Assembly (NCBI RefSeq): GCF_009914755.1
Contig: NC_060933.1
DNA from: the human T2T-CHM13v2.0 reference genome, Homo sapiens
Direction: 5' to 3' (one strand)
Length of the DNA: 64,000 nt
The notes below the pieces were generated by a model, which was not told where the DNA came from, searched no databases, and was given only the letters and a program-made list of their open reading frames with translations. The translations under genes were made by a program, and so were the position numbers. This document shows positions 56,169 through 64,000 of this stretch, piece by piece (within the stretch, counting starts at the first letter, position 1; each line of letters starts with the position of its first letter).

Positions 56169-57116
56169 TCTCTTATTATTCTTTTAATGTTAGTATGATC
56201 TATAGTCATATAACTTTCATTCCCAATTTTGGTCATTTCTGTTTTCTCTTTCCTTATCAGTTTTGTTGGGGGTTCATCAAGTTTATTGTACTTTCCAAAG
56301 AACAAACTTTAGACTTTTTAAATTTTCTCTATTGTCTCTATTTGGCTGCTTTCTGTCCTTATCTTTACTTATTTTGGGTTCGGTTTGGTCTTCTTTTTCT
56401 AATTTCTTAAGGAAGTTTAGAGACAGAGCAAGATTTGTGTGTGAAGCATCCCAAATTCAAGCTTCATTATCACTTTCACTGGAAGTCTTGGAGACTACCT
56501 CCAGGTTGTAGACACACACAAACATACACACACACACACACACATACAGATTTGCCTGAGCTCAGGAGCAAATGTTCATCTTTCCCACGTTGACTGTTTC
56601 TGCTGCATATTGCAGCACATTGTACAAGACCCAGGGCCAAAGTTCTGAAGGACCAGGTTCACTGCTTTGAACATGTCTAGAAAGTCCACTAGTGCGTCAT
56701 CATGGCTCAGACTAAACATGAGTCTGAACTTTCAGGCAAAGATAAGGTCCTAAAGTTTAAATCTCTTTCACATTTCTAAAGACTTTCCTAGGAAACCAGC
56801 AGGGAGAGTGTTGTCTCTGCATCACTGTCCACATAAATTTGAGCTCTTTAGATATAAAGGTTACTTATTCTGGACCATGGACCATGGATACCTACAGCTA
56901 TAATTTTTTAGGTTTTAGCACCCTGATCAACAAGTGCTGTCAACCAATCTGAGATAATTAAAAATTCTAAAATTTGAGTTGGTGGGAGAAAAGGTGTATG
57001 GGCAGGTTGGGATAAGAGGAAAATAAGGGAAGAAGACTACTACAGTTTCAAACACAACTGATGATTTCAAACACAACTGATGATGTAAGCAAAGGGTTCA
57101 AAAATTGGAAAATAAG

Positions 57117-57212
57117 AGCTACTCGAAAGGCTGAGGCAGAAGGACTACCTGAGCCCAGTACTTCAAGGACAACCTGGGAAACATAGTGAGGACCCATCTT
57201 TAAAAAAAAAAA
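57117..57212 (+). mobile_element. Alu monomer fragment
   Basis: agctactcg.aaggctgaggcag..cctggg.aacatagtgag. Confidence 0.75.
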
Positions 57213-58028
57213 CTAAAAATAAACTGGAGAATTAAAGAATTAGGTCTGTTGCCCTCCTAGTTGGAAGTCTGTAGAAGCCAATGATTTCCAAGGAGACTTT
57301 AAGCCTAGAAAGTAAGTCAAGCAATTAACTTAGGTTTTCTGGACATCTTCTATTTCCCTCAGATTTTCTCCGCATCTCTTTTCAGCAGTATGTCTTCTAC
57401 AATTTATTAATTTCCATTATGGCCTTAAATCTGTGGAAACTTTTCCATTGTGAAGTCATGAAAATTGGAAAAGAATCTGGAGGAATAACATACCATGAGA
57501 CAGACCTGCCTCCAAACCAGACATCTCTTTCAGTATTTGTGAGGCCTCCCTTCAGTTTCTTTACTACTCAGAGCTTCACCAGGACAATCAAACAAACATA
57601 GAGGTTGTGGGAGCTCTAATGCAGCAATGAAGGTGAAGGTGAAGCCTGCTTGCTAAGAACAATCTGCTGTCATAAGACATTTAAAGAAAGGTAATATTTT
57701 TGGACATTTTTCTGTAACTGAAAAGATATTAAATATACAATGCATCTTGTCTTTTATCCTTTCAAAACTATTTACTGAATGTCCACTATGTACCAGGCAT
57801 TGTGTGAGGGATAAAAAGATTAAATGGTAAGCAAAGAAACAGAGAAAAGAAAGCTTAAAGGCAGTTGTGAATGGAAAAGGTGGGAATGGAGGAGAAAACC
57901 TGAATTGTTAGTGAGTTCCTTTATTACCAAAGACTGCATGTTCTTAGACCCTTGAATCAGGAAAAAAAAAAAAAAAAAAAAAAACAAGTAGCTATGCTGG
58001 ATCTCTGCTGACATGAATGGCAGGGAGT

Positions 58029-58030
<2 letters not shown>

Positions 58031-58069
<39 letters not shown>
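58031..58069. repeat. (GT)n microsatellite
   Basis: About 19 uninterrupted GT units. Confidence 0.97.
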
Positions 58070-58070
<1 letters not shown>

Positions 58071-58741
58071 TAGGTTTTGGAGAAGATGAGAGAGCATAAG
58101 GAGAATACCTCAATTTCTGCCCAATAGAAGTGGGAGGATGGAATCACTGATGTTCCAGAAGCTAAGAAAGGAAAAATGTAAATTATTTTCTTTACGCATG
58201 TGGTTTGCACAACATCCTCCAACATAAGACTCCCACTTGGGTCCTAAAGTTGGAAAAATCTGGGGAGTATAAAGAAGGGGAACAGAGCAACAAGACTTGA
58301 CACAGTATGCCAGATGTCAGCACTAGCAGACTGACTTCCAAAGGGGGAGCTTTTTCAGATATTCTCCAGGTGCATCGGTCATGTGCCTTACAAACCTGGC
58401 TGGAATTAATGACCTTTGTGTAAATTACAGAGATATATTTCTCACATAATTCCCCGTGTGCAGCAGGGTAGCAAGGAAAGAGTTCTTTAAGTGGGGATAA
58501 TCTGAAGAGCCCTTAAGAACTCCCTACTCCAAATAGTATTTCCCATGTTGACTGAAATTCTTCATTTTGTTTCACTGCTTCAGAACTGATCGATCTGTGA
58601 TCATCTCACCATAACTGCAGAGGCAGTTATAGCATAGTATAGTAATTAGAGCGTGAATTCTGAAATCAGATTGCCTTGTTCACCCTGGACTTCACCACAA
58701 ATTGTTCATGTGTCTTAATAATTACTAAGAATTACATTGAC

Positions 58742-59050
<309 letters not shown>

Positions 59051-59621
59051 AAGAATTACATTGACTGAGCATGTAATCATGTAGCAAGGATGGGGTCAAG
59101 CACTTTTCATGCATTAACATGTTATCGTCAGTCCTCTCAACTCCCTTTGAGGTAGGTATCATTACTATCATTATCATTTTATGGATGAGGGAATTGAGGC
59201 ACATATCTAACTTTCAGATCCAAAACTAGGAAATGGGGAAAGTGAAATTCAAATCTAAGCAGACTTAACTACTACACCACAGTCCCCTCATTTAAACCTT
59301 CTAAGCCACAATACCTACCTCATAGAATTGTTTAATTATGTTTAAGATAATGCTTATAGATTTGATGGAGTGAAAAAAGTGTGCAATATGATTACTGTTA
59401 TTTCATATAAATGAATTCTTTTAAATATTGGAGGAGTACCCAGAAAATCCAATTCAACTTTATTAGGTGCTAAGGTGATATAGTGATAAGACTTGATTCC
59501 TGCCCTCAAGAAGCTCATAGAATTCAAGGCTTGATTACATTGCTCCACTTCACAAAATCCTAACAGTTCTACATTGCTTTCAGAAAGCTTACATCCCTAG
59601 GTTGGCACAAATGGCCCAACA

Positions 59622-59790
59622 AGGGGGAGGGGGGAGGGATAACATTAGGAGATATACCTAATGCTAAATGACAAGTTAATGGGTGCAGCACACCAGCATG
59701 GCACATGTATATATATGTAACTAACCTGCACATTGTGCACATGTACCCTAAAACTTAAAGTATAATAATAATAAAAAAAAAAGAAAAAAA
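59622..59790 (+). mobile_element. Short young L1PA (PA3-5) 3' end
   Basis: L1PA 3' UTR plus poly(A); perfect TSD AAATGGCCCAACA (59609-59621 / 59791-59803). Confidence 0.95.
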
Positions 59791-60230
59791 AAATGGCCCA
59801 ACACAATTGCAAGTTTTCTTACTCTCTGGCTGCATCTCCTGCCACTTCCTTGTTCACGGTCCAGCTTGAGACTTAACCATTCTTCAGACATGCCATATAT
59901 TTCATATCTCCATGTCCTATGTGCTGTTCCATCAATCTGAAAAACTCCCTTCCCTACCTCCATTTCCCCACCTTCAGTATTCAACTCAACTCTTTCTGGA
60001 ATTCCTCACCTCCTTCTAGATTAGCTGTTCCTTCTCCGTGTTCCCAAAGAATCCTCTGCACACATATTGCACTTATTACATTATACTGAAACTGCTTATC
60101 TGCCTCCTCCATTACTCTGTGAGTTGCTCAAGGGCAGACTGTCCTAGTGGTCTCATCCTAGCTCCCAGAACAACATAGGTACAGTAGACACTCAATGAAT
60201 GTGTAGAACAGATGAACAAACTGTAATTAG

Positions 60231-60555
<325 letters not shown>

Positions 60556-60644
60556 AAGTATAATTTAATGGAAGAATGAGAAGAGAAAAAAATTGAATGT
60601 CTATGATGACTTGACAAAGGTGGTATCTGAATTGGTTCTTTATA

Positions 60645-61183
60645 GTAAGATAGTTGTTTTCTAGAGAAACAGAAACAATAAGAGAGAGATCGAGATAGAC
60701 AGAGATATAGATTGATGGTGAGGAACTGGCTTACATGACTATGGAAGTTAAGGAGTCCCGTGATCTGCCGCCTGCAAGCTGGAGACCCAGGAAAGGTGGT
60801 GATGGTGTAATTTGTCTGAGTCCAAAGGCATAAGAACCAGAACTGATAGCGTAAATTCTAGTTCAACTTCAAAAGCCTCAGAACTGAAGGGCAGAAGGCA
60901 TATGTCCCAATCCAAAGGCAGGAGAAGACCCATGGGCAGGAGAACACTCAAGCAGTCAGGCAGAAACGGAGAATTCTTCTTTTCTGCATCTTTTTGTTCT
61001 ATTCAGGCCCTCAACCGATTGGCTAATGCCCATCCACATTGGGGACAGCAATGTGCTTTACTCCATCTACCGATTCAAACCTCTTCTGGAAACACCCTCA
61101 CAGACACACATAGGAATAATGTTTAACCAGGTATCTGGGCATCCTGTGGCCCAGGCAAGTTGACACGTAAAATTTATGATGAC
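60645..61183 (-). mobile_element. MLT2 (B/D) ERVL LTR
   Basis: ctagagaaacagaa..ggaaacaccctcacagacaca..caagttgacac.taaaatt. Confidence 0.88.
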
Positions 61184-61593
<410 letters not shown>

Positions 61594-62196
61594 CTAGAGC
61601 ACAGGGAAGAAACATGAATGATAAGGACATAGTACCAATAAAATGGAAGTGCAGAGAATCTATTCTCAGGCAATTTCCAATTAAAAATCTTACTGCTGCA
61701 AATAATTTGTTCAGCTCCCAATTCTTTTATTTGTATTTCTTCTCATTTATTCATAACTGACCCCTGATAAACTATAGCAAAAATACAACCATGTGTGTAC
61801 AAGAAGGGGTCACAGCAAAAGGATAGAAATAGAGAAAGGAAAATAGTAGAGAAAGAAAAATAGAAGGAAACTATTCTAAATTATGACACCAAGCAGATAG
61901 GAGTGTATTCACCTGTATAAGAGCAGAGACCATGTCATCAGCAGGTTGATTATTCTTTTTAAATTTTTCATTTCTGACTACATATATAACAGACCCATGC
62001 TAACTAAGGATGCAGAGACAGATCCCTGGAGGCAACCAGTATCATTTTAGAAAGGAAACCTTTGGCCCAATGGGACTTCGAACTGCACCTAATAAGCCAA
62101 TGGCATTGCTAACAAGTCAGTGATATTTGGGGTATAGTACTGAATAGAGGCTACATAACACAAGGGCGAAAAGTACACAACTACTTCAGTCCTTGT

Positions 62197-62345
62197 GCCA
62201 GGCACGGTAGCTCACACCTGTAATCCCAGCACTTACGGAGGCAGAGGCACGAGGATAGCTTGAGTCCAGGAGTTCAAGACCTGCCTGAGCAACATAGTGA
62301 GGCCCTGTTCTCCAGAAAAAGGGGGGAAAAAAAAAAGATTAAAAA
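62197..62345 (+). mobile_element. FLAM/Alu left monomer
   Basis: Single Alu arm with A-rich tail. Confidence 0.85.
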
Positions 62346-62659
62346 AATAGTAAGTTGGAACTCATTGTGCTCCCTGGTTAAAGTGCCAATTCAGTATTTA
62401 CTGCACACCTGTTATAGGAAAGACACTATTTTCGGCACAGAGAGGGATACCTGGAGAAATTTGGTATGATCCAGGTCCACTAAGAATGCACAAAGTAGAT
62501 GAGCCAAATGTGTACACGATAATGCAATTTAGAGTGTTGTGAGTATGTTTAAAACGCAGCATGGAAGGAAAAATAAGTCATCCATTAATCTTAATAAGAG
62601 AAATGGAGGAAGTTTCATGGCAAAGCCAGAAAGGACTCCTAAGAAAAGTTTTCATTGTG

Positions 62660-63490
62660 TTTCTTCATTTTATAATTGTTTTAACTATAAAGGTAATACG
62701 TGTTTACTATAGAAAATCCAAAAATACAAATAAGCAAAAAAAAAGAACACAAACCACTGCATTTCTGTATATCCCATTTCTTTATTTATTTATAAAAGTG
62801 AGAACATATTGTACATAATTTTCAGTAAGCTGGTTTTTAGGCAATAATATATTACAGCCATCTTTCCATGTTATTTATTATACTTCTACAACTGACTTTT
62901 ATATTTAAATAGGTGCACATCAAAAGGTATAAAAGAGGACACAGTAAAAGCCTGACTCTCTCATCCCATGACCCATGACCTTATAATTTTAACCAGAAGC
63001 AGCCACTGTTACATTTTTTGTGATCCTTCCAGTTTCTTGTGATCCCTCCATAAATATTCTATGAATATATGAGCATACATGTATATATTTCTCTTTTTAA
63101 GTAAATGGTAGCTGTGAACACACGGTTCTGTACCTTGCATTTCTCTCCCCAGTCAGTACATATATCACTGCCTCTCAGTGGCTGCAGTGTTTCAATGTAT
63201 GGATAAACAATAATTTACTCAGTCCCCTTTGATGGACATTCAGAATGTTTCCAACTCAGTCCCCTTTGATGGACATTCAGAATGCTTCCAATCTTTTACT
63301 ATTACAATATTACTAGGTATATCCTCCAAGTGTAAACATGTATATATTTGTGGGTATATCTGTAGGAAAAATTGCTGGAAGTGGAATTTTGAGGTCAAAG
63401 AACATGTATGTTTTAAAATTTGACAGATATCACACAGTGTCCTCCACTAAGGCATTCCTAATTTCTACTCCTTCCAACTACAAATGAGAC
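62660..63490 (-). mobile_element. Old L1M 3' fragments
   Basis: Antisense L1M 3' UTR motifs. Confidence 0.7.
63217..63290 (+). repeat. 37-bp tandem duplication
   Basis: actcagtcccctttgatggacattcagaatg(t/c)ttcca twice, one mismatch. Confidence 0.95.
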
Positions 63491-63501
63491 TGTTACCACA
63501 C

Positions 63502-63911
63502 CTGTGGTTCCCCAGCCAGATAATGTTTTCCATTTCCCTCCCCTGGAACACACATCTTGCAGACAGGTGAGGTAACGCATCTAGTTCCGGCCAATGGAAT
63601 GTGGGAATGTGAACAGAACTGATGTGTGTCGTATCCAGGCCAAGGTAACTGAGAAGAAAGTATGCATTCTCCACCCTATCTCTGCAATTCTGTCCACTGG
63701 AAACAGAAGAATTCAAGGCCCTAGGGAATGGTGGATCCCTATAATGGAAGGAGCCTATGTCCCTGAGTTACCATACAGAAAAAAACAACTGTCTGCCAAC
63801 CAGAAACATCCGCAGTGGACTATTACATGAGGGAAAAATAAATTTATATTTTATTAAGCCACTGAAAAGTTGGTATTTGTTGTAACATCTCGCTTTACCC
63901 TAACTAATACA
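63502..63911 (+). mobile_element. MLT1H/I-type MaLR LTR
   Basis: ggccaatggaatgtgg..ttaagccactga..ccctaactaataca. Confidence 0.8.
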
Positions 63912-64000
63912 CCAAGATACCCTTTTTTATATAAACATCAGATCTACAGTTCTGAAGATACTCTTAGGGAATGTTGCTCAAGTATTTCAAAATTAACTTT

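Larger units (their letters stand above)
49560..56410 (-). mobile_element. Old L1M/L1ME block with nested L1PA (~51657-52025), L1MA (~52140-52490), Alu and MaLR insertions
   Basis: Continuous antisense L1 sequence; ORF 55531..55821 contains KTPGPYGFFGE..FYEADI..IPK. Confidence 0.8.
51099..56548. repeat. Inverted duplication, arms 51099-51386 and 56249-56548
   Basis: Each arm has a (TG/CA)n tract, a 100-bp identical segment (51125-51224 = rc 56413-56512) and an ~160 bp L1 piece with about 12 differences. Confidence 0.97.

Overview
Human (primate) genomic DNA, AT-rich and repeat-dense. A near-pristine AluYb8 at 58742-59050 points to human. I found no CpG island, no RNA gene and no protein-coding exon I can recognise, so the window looks intergenic or deep-intronic. 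The listed ORFs are mostly Alu/L1/LTR read-throughs or pieces of decayed retroelement genes. Beyond ordinary Alu, L1, L2, MIR, MaLR/ERV LTR and MER repeats, two themes stand out. First, hand translation across frameshifts reveals several very old retroelement fossils: a Ty3/gypsy (sushi/RTL1-like) protease-RT relic (~18.0-20.4 kb, minus), an RTE-X/L4-like ORF2 running from endonuclease to C-terminus (~0.2-5.5 kb, minus), CR1/L2-group RT fragments, and a possible non-mammalian-type L1/Tx1 relic. Second, there are four local duplications: three inverted (3.1 kb, 30.7/31.9 kb, 51.2/56.4 kb) and one direct (39/42 kb). Two of the inverted ones have junction hairpins and one has a 100-bp perfectly homogenised tract. 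Repeat subfamily names come from recalled consensus sequences, and most boundaries are approximate unless a TSD is quoted.
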